In this document: positions 27,801-37,024 of the stretch, piece after piece
How the letters are laid out: every line of letters begins with the position of its first letter
Numbering within the stretch: the first letter of the stretch is position 1
IMG/VR virus record: IMGVR_UViG_3300027265_000049
Coordinates: 1 to 40,204 of that record
Direction: 5' to 3' (one strand)
DNA length: 40,204 bases
Origin: a virus
Taxonomy: Duplodnaviria; Caudoviricetes
The notes under the pieces: generated by a model
The model's database searches: none
What the model saw: only the letters and a program-made list of their open reading frames with translations
Told to the model about the DNA's origin: nothing
Translations under genes and position numbers: made by a program

Positions 27801-28298
27801 AATATTGCGGCCATTGTTGCACAGTCAATCGCTGAGTTTACAGGTTCTAAGGGTTATTCCGATGGAGGTTATACCGGTCCAGGAGGAAAATTCGAACCTG
27901 CCGGAGTTGTTCACCGCAAAGAATATGTCATTCCGGAAGATGGAACCGATAATCCTGGATTAAGTCCATTTATTGATCTCATTGAAATTGCCCGTCGCAA
28001 TGGCTCACTTGCCCGGCTCGATCTTCGGCCGGTGATGGCATCTGTTGTAACCGGTCGCGGTTATTCTGGCGGTGGCCCTGTTGGATCTTTCGGATCCGGA
28101 TCCGGATCCACATCCCCAATCATCATACCTTCTGCATCCCGTGATCCCGAGCTCACCGATGCCATTAACCTAAATACAAAAGCAGTTACATTGCTCATGA
28201 AAAACGGTGTCCAGTTACCATTGGTTGCTCTCATCAAGAAAATGAAAGAAGTGGAAGATCTTCTCAATCAAACCGGAATGGGAGGCTTCGGAAAATAG
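24810..28298 (+). CDS. tail tape measure protein
   Basis: 1162 aa; TP901-type core (LADVMKTT...LAEEAGRLG), long coiled coils, C-terminal GGYTGPGGKFEPAGVVH motif. Confidence 0.92.
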   Translation: MAKEVAKATIYLEGHQAEAVLDSLSRRGKQVRKDFEEAQKAGDQIKMNKLEKELRGIESAQRSVRKESFDTQKVLQNLNGSSFNDLTKALKQSQRELRRMGETDPGYKDKLRDVVTLKTRVKELSDQQAVHTSLWGKMANGANKYFNVMMAGVAIITGVLFSMSQFVKGMLGLDDALADVMKTTNLTRREVREMYVDFRYLNTRTPRMELLALAEEAGRLGKTGKRDIMDFVEVANKIKISLGDDLGGNADEAIRDVGKLTQIYKVGIQYNTDFKTSLEKVGSGLNQVANNSNASAGYLVEYMKRTGGIADQAKISAANIMGYASTFDQLGQNVEMAATAQSKVIVDMFTNPANYAKIAKMEIGAFTKLLNTDTNEAFIKFLEGLNGNNEGLSEMATKLDDLGIDGARATQALAALSSNTKMVREQQILANDAMEKGTSLQTEYAIKNENLAGSWAKVTAIIQAKFINSGFISFLEKIVGKMSEWMQQPVEAKLQKEQQELNVLVGAITNVNTKQENRNDLIKEIQDKYPDFLKNLNTESLTNDQLKTRLEEVNKQYEDRILLMIKEDMLQKNYKERTELKLEELDLLKKIAAYEITAAKAREKIKGVTDPNQFRSILSQKEFDALNAIPIVTAALERNRTKVDELKKSEQDLNDALGQLRQKNPADVSTGPETPTVPDTPIAPLSDKQIKARIEQIEAANNAEVAAINKKFLEEKINEDQFKGELLAQELKFLTNKMAVYRKGSKEYTEAQQQYAEKQVQAEKEVKDLLLRAQKELANAGIENMQDGFAKEKALEEQRWKEELEGLKKQLIEKQKLSDQEVRYNETIQNLITEKTKAHTKRINDLDTAGLLQKQMDAALFHQAKAQTDQERWAAEEEIARAQYSQEVKDAKGNATKIAQAERKLSDTLVQIKTDELDRRQQIGDAVFGAANNLFGALVNLAGKESALGKALFLFQQAAAVGQIIFNTGIANAKAVAASPLTFGQPWVGINTATAAINIAAIVAQSIAEFTGSKGYSDGGYTGPGGKFEPAGVVHRKEYVIPEDGTDNPGLSPFIDLIEIARRNGSLARLDLRPVMASVVTGRGYSGGGPVGSFGSGSGSTSPIIIPSASRDPELTDAINLNTKAVTLLMKNGVQLPLVALIKKMKEVEDLLNQTGMGGFGK

Positions 28299-28366
28299 TT
28301 ATGAGTTATGAATTATGAGTTATGAGGCTGGTAACCACTCATAACTTATAATTCATCATTTATAAT
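28299..28366. repeat. heptamer tandem array with inverted copy (long hairpin)
   Basis: (TTATGAR)x4, spacer, then CTCATAA CTTATAA TTCATCA TTTATAA. Confidence 0.75.
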
Positions 28367-28373
28367 TAATATC

Positions 28374-28409
28374 TGTCCTTTCTCCACCGCACCCCACGCC
28401 CTATCTTAG
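28374..28409 (+). promoter_or_regulatory. putative late promoter (tail-tip operon)
   Basis: TGTCCTTT-N20-TATCTTAG. Confidence 0.65.
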
Positions 28410-28433
28410 TTCAGTAATTCAATAATTCAGTCT

Positions 28434-29666
28434 ATGATTAATCATTCCATATATGGCGGCATCGTTCAACTATCTGGCAATAGTGTTGAAATTGAAGTGA
28501 CCAACGATGATATCAAAGGCGAATCGCCTCGGGCGCTTTTAAAAGTTATCAGCATCGATGGCGCGGTTCCTGGTGGTCCGTGGCCAGAATCAAAAGAATG
28601 GCTTCCGCTCGACACACCTGTCGAAGGATCCGGAAAAGCAATTTTCGATTTTCAGGAGTATTTCGATGCTGCCGTTAAGTATAGTTTTACGTTTCCGTAC
28701 GGCGATGCCGTTGCCGTAAAACATCCACTCCGGGCTTTCGATCTTTCCTTACTAGCCGGTTGCTCGTATATCGATAACGACATTACCCATTATACCCCAG
28801 ATAATCCTGAAACCAACACATACGGTACTAAAATGATATTTTGGCAGGCCGTGGAAAATGCAGTTCCCATCAGAATCTTGAAGGGTGGTATCAGCCAGCA
28901 TCAAAAATCGTTGTATAACGAAGCCGGCACGAATTTTTATCAGGATTTTATCCAGGGCAATAAGTTTCTGACCAATCGGCCAGACAACCAAAAAATAGCT
29001 TACGACCAGCCGCTTCGCTTGTGGTATATTATTCCGGAAACCGAACAGGTATTGCGCCAGCTCATTGTTGAATATACCGATTCGACCGGAGCAGTAACCG
29101 TATTGTCTGAAGACATCACGCTCGATCCTGATGGCGAATACGAATTTATTCTGGATCCGGCCAAATGGGGCATTCCTGCAGACGCTAAACAGATGTCGGT
29201 TTATCAATCATCCGGAGGGGTTCAGGTCGGGGAAAAACGTACGTTCATTTTCGACTCGAAATACTACGAAAACAGCACTTTCTTTTTCTTCAGCAACTCA
29301 AAATCGGGCATCGACGATTTCTGGATGACCGGCGCAATTAAAACCGGGCTGCCCATCGAGTCGAAAACCGGAATTCAAACACTTGGACGCGATGCCGTAA
29401 CCCAAAACCGTGGCGTAGTAGTTACGGGCAAAGCCGGATCGCGCAAATGGACGATCTTCCTGGGCAACCGGTTAAGCGTTGACGATATGGAAGCCTTGCA
29501 GGATTTGCTATACTCGAAAAACGTGTGGATCGTTTGGAAAGGGCAAACCGTACCGGTGAATCTCGAAGACGGTGACTTCAATCTCACCGATACTATGCGC
29601 GATTTACTGATAAACGATGAACTGGAACTGGTCTTCAATGAAGGTCATAAGAACTCATATTATTAG
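28434..29666 (+). CDS. minor tail (distal-tail-like) protein
   Basis: 410 aa directly after the TMP; FFFSNSKSGIDDF...LQDLLYSKNVW. Confidence 0.65.
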   Translation: MINHSIYGGIVQLSGNSVEIEVTNDDIKGESPRALLKVISIDGAVPGGPWPESKEWLPLDTPVEGSGKAIFDFQEYFDAAVKYSFTFPYGDAVAVKHPLRAFDLSLLAGCSYIDNDITHYTPDNPETNTYGTKMIFWQAVENAVPIRILKGGISQHQKSLYNEAGTNFYQDFIQGNKFLTNRPDNQKIAYDQPLRLWYIIPETEQVLRQLIVEYTDSTGAVTVLSEDITLDPDGEYEFILDPAKWGIPADAKQMSVYQSSGGVQVGEKRTFIFDSKYYENSTFFFFSNSKSGIDDFWMTGAIKTGLPIESKTGIQTLGRDAVTQNRGVVVTGKAGSRKWTIFLGNRLSVDDMEALQDLLYSKNVWIVWKGQTVPVNLEDGDFNLTDTMRDLLINDELELVFNEGHKNSYY

Positions 29667-29668
29667 CG

Positions 29669-31267
29669 ATGAAAGCAATTGACCGGCTAAAAAAATCGAT
29701 TCGTGGGGTTGACAAGGATAAGCCTGTTACCCAACTAATGCTTTCAGAAATGCTTAGATCACTTTGGAGTGATCAGGGCAAAATTATCCAAATAATTTAC
29801 AATGAGATTGTCAATAACACGACCAATATTTATCAATCTATTAGCCAGGTTATTGGCACAAAACAGGCCGATAACCACTATGTTGCTCAAATCGAAAATA
29901 CTGTAAATACTTCTGAGACGGTTGTGTCTCCGTGGTCGATACTGCCCTATAATCAGCAGATGGGCGAATTTAAAGCGGTGGTGGCTGTTCACAATAAAGC
30001 AACACATACCATAGAAACTTTAATTAGCCTTTTCAGCTTTGATTATTCCGACGCTACACCGGCAGTAATACAAAACGATTTATTGACAAACGCAACAATG
30101 ACCTTAACCGTTGGTATTGATGGCTCAAATATGCTTTATGCAACTGTTTCGGGAATGGCTGCCGATGCCAAACGCATTCACTTTTGTTACGAAAGATGCG
30201 TGCTGAGCGAACGAGCGATGTTGATGGAGGCTGAAGGAACTTTTGAATTGAATGGAATCGCACAGCTTACAAAATACTTGCTGGCACAAGCAAACGGAAC
30301 GCTTGAATTAAATGCAAGCGCAATACTAGATGTAAATGCAGAGTGGGAGCTTTTGCTCGAATTTCAAACAAATAGTCCAAATTCAACAACCTTTGATCCT
30401 TCTATAACTTCAACTTCAGGCGAATATAAATGGAGTGTTGGAGAATTAGAATTTAGTGGTAAAAGTATAAGTGTAACATTAGATGGAACTGTAAAAAATG
30501 TAAAATTATATGGTAAGGGAACTTGTGAAATTAATCAAATTGATTTTTCAAATGATAATATTTTAGGTGAATTAATATTTGATAATAAAGCATTTACATA
30601 TTTAAATGGGATAAACCTAAATAGCAATTTAGGTTTATCTTTGGTGAATTTTAATATACAACAGGTTGGAATTCTGCAATATCTGTATATGAGTAATATT
30701 GGAATATCTGGAGAATTAGATTTATCAATGTTTTCTAAATTGTCAGAAGCTGGAACTACCATTGTTTTGATTTTAGGAGTTAATTCAAATGTAACTTCTA
30801 TAATATTTGCAAATAATATTTCAGAAGGCAATTTAGCTTATCTAAATATTGATAGACTTAAGGCCAGTGGTACAATTAATCTATCGCAGTTCACAAATTG
30901 GACAAATAATAGTTCCTTATATATAACTGAGGCAGTGAATATTTCAGAAATTATTTTGCCAAACATTCCAAGCGGAACTCCTAAATTTTTAGGATTTAAT
31001 AAATGTACTAATCTAAACGAACTACCATTGCCAATATATCCAAATATTCAATCTCTCGACTACTCCGCGTATAGTTGCAATTTATCTGCTGCAAAAATTA
31101 ATAAATTCTTATGCGAACTTGAAAATATAACAATTGGTGGTATAAGTTCAAGATATATTTATTTAGATCAAATCAATGCTGCACCAGATTCTTCATCTGG
31201 TGGATATGATGGATTAGCAGCAAAAGCTGCACTTCAAGCTAAAGGATTTAATGTATTTACAAACTAA
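29669..31267 (+). CDS. tail fibre / receptor-binding-like protein with AT-rich LRR-like C-terminus
   Basis: 532 aa; C-terminal half has LxxLxLxxN-like repeats (LNGINLNSN, LQYLYMSN, LAYLNIDR). Confidence 0.6.
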   Translation: MKAIDRLKKSIRGVDKDKPVTQLMLSEMLRSLWSDQGKIIQIIYNEIVNNTTNIYQSISQVIGTKQADNHYVAQIENTVNTSETVVSPWSILPYNQQMGEFKAVVAVHNKATHTIETLISLFSFDYSDATPAVIQNDLLTNATMTLTVGIDGSNMLYATVSGMAADAKRIHFCYERCVLSERAMLMEAEGTFELNGIAQLTKYLLAQANGTLELNASAILDVNAEWELLLEFQTNSPNSTTFDPSITSTSGEYKWSVGELEFSGKSISVTLDGTVKNVKLYGKGTCEINQIDFSNDNILGELIFDNKAFTYLNGINLNSNLGLSLVNFNIQQVGILQYLYMSNIGISGELDLSMFSKLSEAGTTIVLILGVNSNVTSIIFANNISEGNLAYLNIDRLKASGTINLSQFTNWTNNSSLYITEAVNISEIILPNIPSGTPKFLGFNKCTNLNELPLPIYPNIQSLDYSAYSCNLSAAKINKFLCELENITIGGISSRYIYLDQINAAPDSSSGGYDGLAAKAALQAKGFNVFTN

Positions 31268-31277
31268 AAAAAATATC

Positions 31278-31733
31278 ATGTCAAAAGCATCAAACATCTT
31301 CGAAAATGATTTTCTAAAACACTTGTTTCAAAACGCAGCAATTCCCGGAATCGGTGATACTGCGGGCTTATTACCATCGGCTGTAGCAGGCAACTTATAC
31401 CTTCGTTTATGTACCGACGCGCTTGCTGTTGACGATGCCACCATTGGCACTGAATGTGCCTATACTGGTTATGTCGCAAAAGGCATTGCCGTGGCTCGCA
31501 CATCAGGAGTATGGAGTGTTGCGGCCAATGTTGCAAAAAATATAGCCGACTTGCTTTTTGGCGCATGCACGGTCGGAGTCGAAAATGTGCGTTATGTTGA
31601 AGTCTGGAAAAACAATACTGGATCCACAGAAGCTGACCGTATTGCATGGGTACAGTTAACCGCCGATTTAGCTGTTGCTCCGGGTATTCAACCCAAATTT
31701 GCCGCCGAAGCACTGACATTTACATTTGATTAA
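31278..31733 (+). CDS. small tail-fibre-associated structural protein
   Basis: SNIFENDFLKHLF...LYLRLCT...ECAYTGY...VAR...W pattern; ATG 31278. Confidence 0.65.
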   Translation: MSKASNIFENDFLKHLFQNAAIPGIGDTAGLLPSAVAGNLYLRLCTDALAVDDATIGTECAYTGYVAKGIAVARTSGVWSVAANVAKNIADLLFGACTVGVENVRYVEVWKNNTGSTEADRIAWVQLTADLAVAPGIQPKFAAEALTFTFD

Positions 31734-31768
31734 AAACCTCGAACGTCCGTCATTGCTGAATTCGGAAA

Positions 31769-31797
31769 TTGAAACTTGAAACTTTGAACTTGAAACT
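31769..31797. repeat. heptamer tandem repeat (TTGAAAC)x4, one degenerate
   Basis: TTGAAAC TTGAAAC TTTGAAC TTGAAAC, intergenic. Confidence 0.7.
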
Positions 31798-31803
31798 GTT
31801 AAA

Positions 31804-34623
31804 ATGTTCACACTCACAATAAACTCGCGACAACTCATTCTCGACGAAGATTTTTCGCCAACAATGGTGTATGTCAATGCGTGCTGGAAATTCGACGAAA
31901 TACCTGGTCCGTTGGCCTTAGATATTACCATTCCGGAAAATGATGTAAATAATAATATTCTCAACTTCCCTGGGCGATTCTCGAAAATGGCAAAAAGCAA
32001 CGACCGCAAATACAGTGCTGTTACGCTAAGAAAAAACGGGTCGCTTTGGATTCATGGAACGATGACACTCGGTAAGCCATCAAACGGAACATATCAGGGA
32101 ACGATTCAAAGTCAACAGCGAACGCTGAGCGATGCGCAATTAGAAAAATACATTTCTGATCACGAATTGGGTGGTGAACTGACTTTTCAAAATAAATTAA
32201 ATTACGATCCTGATGTTGATTTATACTGCACCATTCGCCTGCATAATTCAGGTTTTTTTGTTGATAAAGGAGGAACTGAAGACTTTACAAATTCTGATGG
32301 AGAGAAGACTACCCGCGAAATATTGACCCGTAAGTTCGACAATACTACTGGGTTCATGGTTAATTATACCACTGTTGATGGTGTGAAGACAAGTTCGAAC
32401 ATACAACAGGCTATTGTGGTTAGTCCATTCCCATTTTTACATCGTATAATTACAGAATTATTGAAGGAGAATAAATTCTTCATTCGTAATAATTTCATCA
32501 AGTCTGATTCGGAACTTAAAACACTTTGCCTGTACAATAATGTTTCGATATGTACTCCCGAAAGTTACGACTTCATTACATCGTACACCTATTACCTAAA
32601 ATACCACAATAATCCGGATTATGTGCCCATGACATTTTCGCAATTTACCTCGCAGTTGTGGACAACTGATAAGTTAAGGCTTAAGAAGCTGTTGCCTAAA
32701 ATGAAATTGAATGAGTTATTGCTTTCGGTTCAAAATGAAACGAACTCATTTTTTCACTTTTCAGGCGAAAATGATGTGGATAATATCGATAGAGAAGATT
32801 TATTTGATTTGCCTGTTTTTGACTTATCGAACTACCGGGTTTCAAAATGGTTGCCGGTAGAGCGTCAAAACCTTATCCTGAACTTTAAATTTAATCACGA
32901 TTCAGACGATCAAGAATTTTCTGAAAACTTTGTCGATTTATCGTCGCGTGAAGATGATCGTCAGCCTTCGGTTGATCAATATGCCGATTTAGCTATTATT
33001 GAAAATCCGGCTATTGGTGAAATTCGCCTGGTAAAATCTGAAAAGATGGATTACGAATACCGTCAAGAATCGGTTGACGATATAGATGGAACCCAAAAAG
33101 AAGTGTTGATGTGGGCGCCATTGTCTCTCGATATTCAGAATTATAAATACAACCGTAACGGCGATAGTTCTGAAGACATTGAAACCAAGTTTTCCACACT
33201 GAGAATGCACGAGAATGGATTTCCAATTGCTTACCAAAAGGGGTTTAACAAACAATTTGCTCAATTCACTGAGAACTTCAGTCCGCGACTGATGTTTTAC
33301 AACGGTAACAATACCGGAGGCGCCACGGCCACAAACGGTTTATCGCTCGAATGGAAAAGCCTGATTGCAAATCGCTGGAGACGAACAGCAGCATTTTATG
33401 CCAATGCTTTAATTGCTGAAGCCGATTTTCGTTTCCCCGGAAACATTTTTTATAAGGTAATGAACGAAATTTATAAGCCGTTTGGCGATAAGGATGGTTC
33501 GTTCTTCATTAAAGAAATGCAGGCTCAGGGCGACAATTCAGAATATGTTGATGTTACACTTACTGTATTTAAAAACGAAGATAATGTGTTCGATAACTCT
33601 ACGGGCATTGTCGATGGAGGTGGGCAACACGTAGGAGCTACATTTACACCGAAATTTATTGGAGTATCCGAAAGTGGTTGGCCAATATTGGTTACAGCTT
33701 CGGGATTATACCGATCAATCCCGGTATTTGGCGACATTTCAACGCTTGCCTTTGCCGCACAAACCTGTGTTGATTATTCGGCATCCGATAAATTACTGTT
33801 TGTTGGTGGAAATAACGGTCAGTTACATGTGGCAGATTTATCGGACATGGATAACATCCGTTATAAAACTATACAAATTTATTCCGGGACTGAAGAAATT
33901 TGCGGAGTTAGTCTGGTCGATAATGGAACTACCAAATTGGTGATGATTGGAAAAGGTACCAACCAGGTAAGCCATGCCTATGCACAGCCTTATCACGCTT
34001 CTTTCGACGACTATGTAAGCAGCGAAGCAACGGCCACCGCCTCGTTCGATCATGGGACCGGTTATGTGCGCAGCTTCTTATTCTTTAATGGCTATTACTA
34101 TGCAGCCACCAGCGAAGGTGAAGTATTCCGCACGAATAACCTGGCAACAGTTTGGAGCCAGTTGGCCGATATTGACGGTTATTCAGGATACAATGCCTCA
34201 ATGATTCAGATTGCGCAGACAGCCAATCGAATCTGGGCAGCCGAAGAGCACGACGATTCGCTGTATGCGCTCAAAAGCAATCCAACAGCCTATTCGCGTT
34301 TCAGCGGATTAACCGGAAACAAGCGTCAAGCCGTGCGACAAATTCAACCCACATTGGGCGACAAACTTCTTTGGATGTGTGCCGATGATGGTGAATGCAT
34401 CTGGATGGTCGATCCGGGTGTAACAAATGCAAACATTACCCCTTCAGGGATTAAAAATGCTGGAGGCGCTTGCTTCGATGGGACCAAGTTTGCATACATC
34501 GGAGTGCGTGATATTTCAGGCTACACCAAAATTGCCACATTCAATTGCGACATCCATACTCCCGAAGCAATGTGGAGCTATCTAAATGTTTCGGCATTCT
34601 TCACGAAACTATTTCTTTATTAA
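31804..34623 (+). CDS. tail tip / hub protein with C-terminal beta-propeller-like region
   Basis: 939 aa; N-terminal hub-like segment (DITIP...NNNILNFP); C-terminal short beta-strand repeats. Confidence 0.65.
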   Translation: MFTLTINSRQLILDEDFSPTMVYVNACWKFDEIPGPLALDITIPENDVNNNILNFPGRFSKMAKSNDRKYSAVTLRKNGSLWIHGTMTLGKPSNGTYQGTIQSQQRTLSDAQLEKYISDHELGGELTFQNKLNYDPDVDLYCTIRLHNSGFFVDKGGTEDFTNSDGEKTTREILTRKFDNTTGFMVNYTTVDGVKTSSNIQQAIVVSPFPFLHRIITELLKENKFFIRNNFIKSDSELKTLCLYNNVSICTPESYDFITSYTYYLKYHNNPDYVPMTFSQFTSQLWTTDKLRLKKLLPKMKLNELLLSVQNETNSFFHFSGENDVDNIDREDLFDLPVFDLSNYRVSKWLPVERQNLILNFKFNHDSDDQEFSENFVDLSSREDDRQPSVDQYADLAIIENPAIGEIRLVKSEKMDYEYRQESVDDIDGTQKEVLMWAPLSLDIQNYKYNRNGDSSEDIETKFSTLRMHENGFPIAYQKGFNKQFAQFTENFSPRLMFYNGNNTGGATATNGLSLEWKSLIANRWRRTAAFYANALIAEADFRFPGNIFYKVMNEIYKPFGDKDGSFFIKEMQAQGDNSEYVDVTLTVFKNEDNVFDNSTGIVDGGGQHVGATFTPKFIGVSESGWPILVTASGLYRSIPVFGDISTLAFAAQTCVDYSASDKLLFVGGNNGQLHVADLSDMDNIRYKTIQIYSGTEEICGVSLVDNGTTKLVMIGKGTNQVSHAYAQPYHASFDDYVSSEATATASFDHGTGYVRSFLFFNGYYYAATSEGEVFRTNNLATVWSQLADIDGYSGYNASMIQIAQTANRIWAAEEHDDSLYALKSNPTAYSRFSGLTGNKRQAVRQIQPTLGDKLLWMCADDGECIWMVDPGVTNANITPSGIKNAGGACFDGTKFAYIGVRDISGYTKIATFNCDIHTPEAMWSYLNVSAFFTKLFLY

Positions 34624-34628
34624 TTTTT

Positions 34629-34664
34629 TGTCCTTTCAATCGAATATGCTCAGATGTAAGTTTG
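34629..34664 (+). promoter_or_regulatory. putative late promoter
   Basis: TGTCCTTT-N20-TAAGTTTG (perfect -7 box). Confidence 0.7.
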
Positions 34665-34689
34665 AGTAAACATTTAAAAAATAGGAACG

Positions 34690-35025
34690 ATGAAAATTCA
34701 CAATAAAGAAAGTGAGTACGTAAATCCAGCGACCGAGGATTCTCTGAACGATTTAATTGGGTTAATTCCTCAAATTATAACAGGCGTTGCTAAAACAGCC
34801 ATTAAAGCTGGATATTATGCCTATTGCTGCACTTGTCGTGTTGAAGGAAGCAAAATTGTATCGCTTGAAAAAATAGTTGGTACAATAGTATCAGCCGATA
34901 TTGACGAAGCAATTACCGGAATAGCCATGTTCCAGGGCGAATATCAGGCATTCGTGAATAAAGTTACTTCAGTGACTCAAACCGCAGCAACCGACAGCAT
35001 TACTTACTGGTTAAAACCGCTATAG
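34690..35025 (+). CDS. hypothetical virion-associated protein
   Basis: 111 aa after the promoter motif. Confidence 0.65.
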   Translation: MKIHNKESEYVNPATEDSLNDLIGLIPQIITGVAKTAIKAGYYAYCCTCRVEGSKIVSLEKIVGTIVSADIDEAITGIAMFQGEYQAFVNKVTSVTQTAATDSITYWLKPL

Positions 35026-35027
35026 AC

Positions 35028-35168
35028 ATGCCAGGAATTCAACGAAATATAGGTGTTGGAAAAATGGTTCACATAGGGTCAAATTCGACCCCTTCGCCAC
35101 CTGAGTTGATTGGTGGAATTTGGAATGACACGCTATCTTGGAATGACAGCAACATTTGGAAGGATTAA
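35028..35168 (+). CDS. 46-aa protein with WND..WND..W motif (below ORF-track cutoff)
   Basis: MPGIQRNIGVGKMVHIGSNSTPSPPELIGGIWNDTLSWNDSNIWKD fills the gap between neighbours. Confidence 0.6.
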   Translation: MPGIQRNIGVGKMVHIGSNSTPSPPELIGGIWNDTLSWNDSNIWKD

Positions 35169-35185
35169 CATTTTAAACTAAAATT

Positions 35186-36685
35186 ATGGAAACACTAAAT
35201 AATGGCGAAACTGGCCTGCAAATTAGAACTAAAATAAATAGCAATTTCACAGAGTTATTAAATCGTTCTGGCCTTATAGCTGGATTGTTTACAACTGTAT
35301 TGCCTACCGCTTCAATTGCAACGGATAAGTTATATGCTTATGCAGGAGTTGACAACACGGTTATTGGTGGAATTACCTGGCGAAATGGTGATTTTGCCTG
35401 GTATAATGGCACGATTTGGACGCGCATCCCTTTTCAAGCTTTGACCAATTATTTGCTTAAAACAGAGGCCGATATATTTGATCAACGAATTGCGAACTAC
35501 TCAACAATTGAAGGTTATTATCTTTCACCAACGGGTGTAAAAACATCATCCGGAGTTTATCGTATTTATGTTTATGCTGTTACTCCTAATGATAAACTTC
35601 GCATTACAGTAAAAAGTACTGGGGCAATGGCTACTTATGCTTTCTACTCTGATGCAGCTTGTACTACACTAATAAAACTCGGTTATGTAAAGACAATTAA
35701 TGAAGGATATACTGTTGATGAAACTTTTATTGTCCCTGTCGGAGCTGCCTATCTTGCAATTCCTGTTTATCCTGCGCTAGCAGGTGGATTCTATCAAAAT
35801 ATTTACACTTATAGATCTGCTTTTTCAGCACTTGCAGATTTCGGGGCTAAAATATACGGAGATTACAAAATTAATGCGATTGGTGATTCTCTAGTTGCCG
35901 GTTATTTTTCATTGCTAAATGCAGCCGTATCTCCAAAGTATTCTTTAGAAAATCTAGCTGTGAGTGGAGAAAATAGTTTAACTATTTCTGGTAGAATTGG
36001 AGCAATTGCAATGAAATTCAAGAACAGTTTTACCTTACCATCTACTACCGCAACCGTACAGGTTGGAACACTTGCAGATTCAGGTTTATTGTCAAGTTAT
36101 GACGAATCTAATGTTACTCCACTTCAGCAAGGAGTGACAAGTTTACAAGTTTATGTTGATGGTATTCTATGTACGCTATCTTATACAAGTTCTATTTATT
36201 ATTTAGCTAGAGTAGTTGCAGGGTCAGCTATACGAACAATTGCTGCGGGGACGTTTTTAAATCCATATACTTCAATTCGCAATAAAAAGGCGAATGTAAT
36301 TCACATCGGTACGAACGGTGGATGGGGTGATGTATCTACAACTCTTATTGACCAAATCAATAAAGTAATTCGCTTTTCAAATAACGAAAACAGTATTGTG
36401 GTTGGGTTACATTATCGCGCTGGATTTGTGAAAGCGAATTTTGAAAGCCTTGAAGCTGCTATGGAAAAAGAGTTTGGAAATAGGTTTGTAAATGTAAGAA
36501 AATACATGATCACAAATGCGCTTTCCGATGCCGGACTCACTGCAACCGGAGCCGATAATACTGCCATTGCTGCTGGATTGGTACCACCTCAATTGCTAAT
36601 TGATGGAGTTCATTTCACGGCCACTGGCTACGGATTGTTGGTTGCATTGATAACATCAAGGATGACATTGCTGAATATGATTTAG
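35186..36685 (+). CDS. tail-associated SGNH/GDSL hydrolase (candidate polysaccharide deacetylase)
   Basis: Block I AIGDSL, II NLAVSGE, III IGTNG, V DGVH; phage-fibre-like N-terminus. Confidence 0.8.
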   Translation: METLNNGETGLQIRTKINSNFTELLNRSGLIAGLFTTVLPTASIATDKLYAYAGVDNTVIGGITWRNGDFAWYNGTIWTRIPFQALTNYLLKTEADIFDQRIANYSTIEGYYLSPTGVKTSSGVYRIYVYAVTPNDKLRITVKSTGAMATYAFYSDAACTTLIKLGYVKTINEGYTVDETFIVPVGAAYLAIPVYPALAGGFYQNIYTYRSAFSALADFGAKIYGDYKINAIGDSLVAGYFSLLNAAVSPKYSLENLAVSGENSLTISGRIGAIAMKFKNSFTLPSTTATVQVGTLADSGLLSSYDESNVTPLQQGVTSLQVYVDGILCTLSYTSSIYYLARVVAGSAIRTIAAGTFLNPYTSIRNKKANVIHIGTNGGWGDVSTTLIDQINKVIRFSNNENSIVVGLHYRAGFVKANFESLEAAMEKEFGNRFVNVRKYMITNALSDAGLTATGADNTAIAAGLVPPQLLIDGVHFTATGYGLLVALITSRMTLLNMI

Positions 36686-36723
36686 CGTGCCTTTGGGACT
36701 TGTTGAACCATTTCCTCAAAAAT

Positions 36724-36750
36724 AAAAAAGCGGCTTCGGTCGCTTTTTTT
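36724..36750. terminator. bidirectional intrinsic terminator
   Basis: AAAAAAGCGGC-TTCG-GTCGCTTTTTTT. Confidence 0.85.
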
Positions 36751-36786
36751 TGTCCTTTCCGAAGCTGGTAACTGAGGGTATTTTTG
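36751..36786 (+). promoter_or_regulatory. putative late promoter (lysis operon)
   Basis: TGTCCTTT-N20-TATTTTTG (perfect -7 box). Confidence 0.7.
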
Positions 36787-36799
36787 AAATAAAAACGGC

Positions 36800-37024
36800 A
36801 TGAACGAAAAAATCCAGCAATTTTTCAGCCATACGTCTGTGGCAGTCGGCGCACCACTCACAGGGGGAAGTGTCGGTATTATTTCATTTTTTGAAAACAT
36901 GGTTCCGATCCTTACAATTCTATCGCTTCTGCTCGGAATGGCTCTTGGAATTATGAGCTATTGTCTAAAACGCAAACTCATTTTAAAGCAATTGAAGGAT
37001 AATAAAGAAATAACAGCGCCATGA
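36800..37024 (+). CDS. holin-like small membrane protein
   Basis: 74 aa, 1-2 hydrophobic helices, basic C-terminus, first gene of the lysis cassette. Confidence 0.6.
   Translation: MNEKIQQFFSHTSVAVGAPLTGGSVGIISFFENMVPILTILSLLLGMALGIMSYCLKRKLILKQLKDNKEITAP

Noticed and set aside
28091-28109. GGATCC tandem repeat
   Set aside because: Encodes a GSGSGS linker within the tape measure protein
28299-28366. Possible CRISPR or mini-array
   Set aside because: 7-bp tandem units with no spacers; no cas genes
29669-36685. Diversity-generating retroelement or invertible tail-fibre system
   Set aside because: No reverse transcriptase, TR/VR pair, invertase or inverted cassette seen
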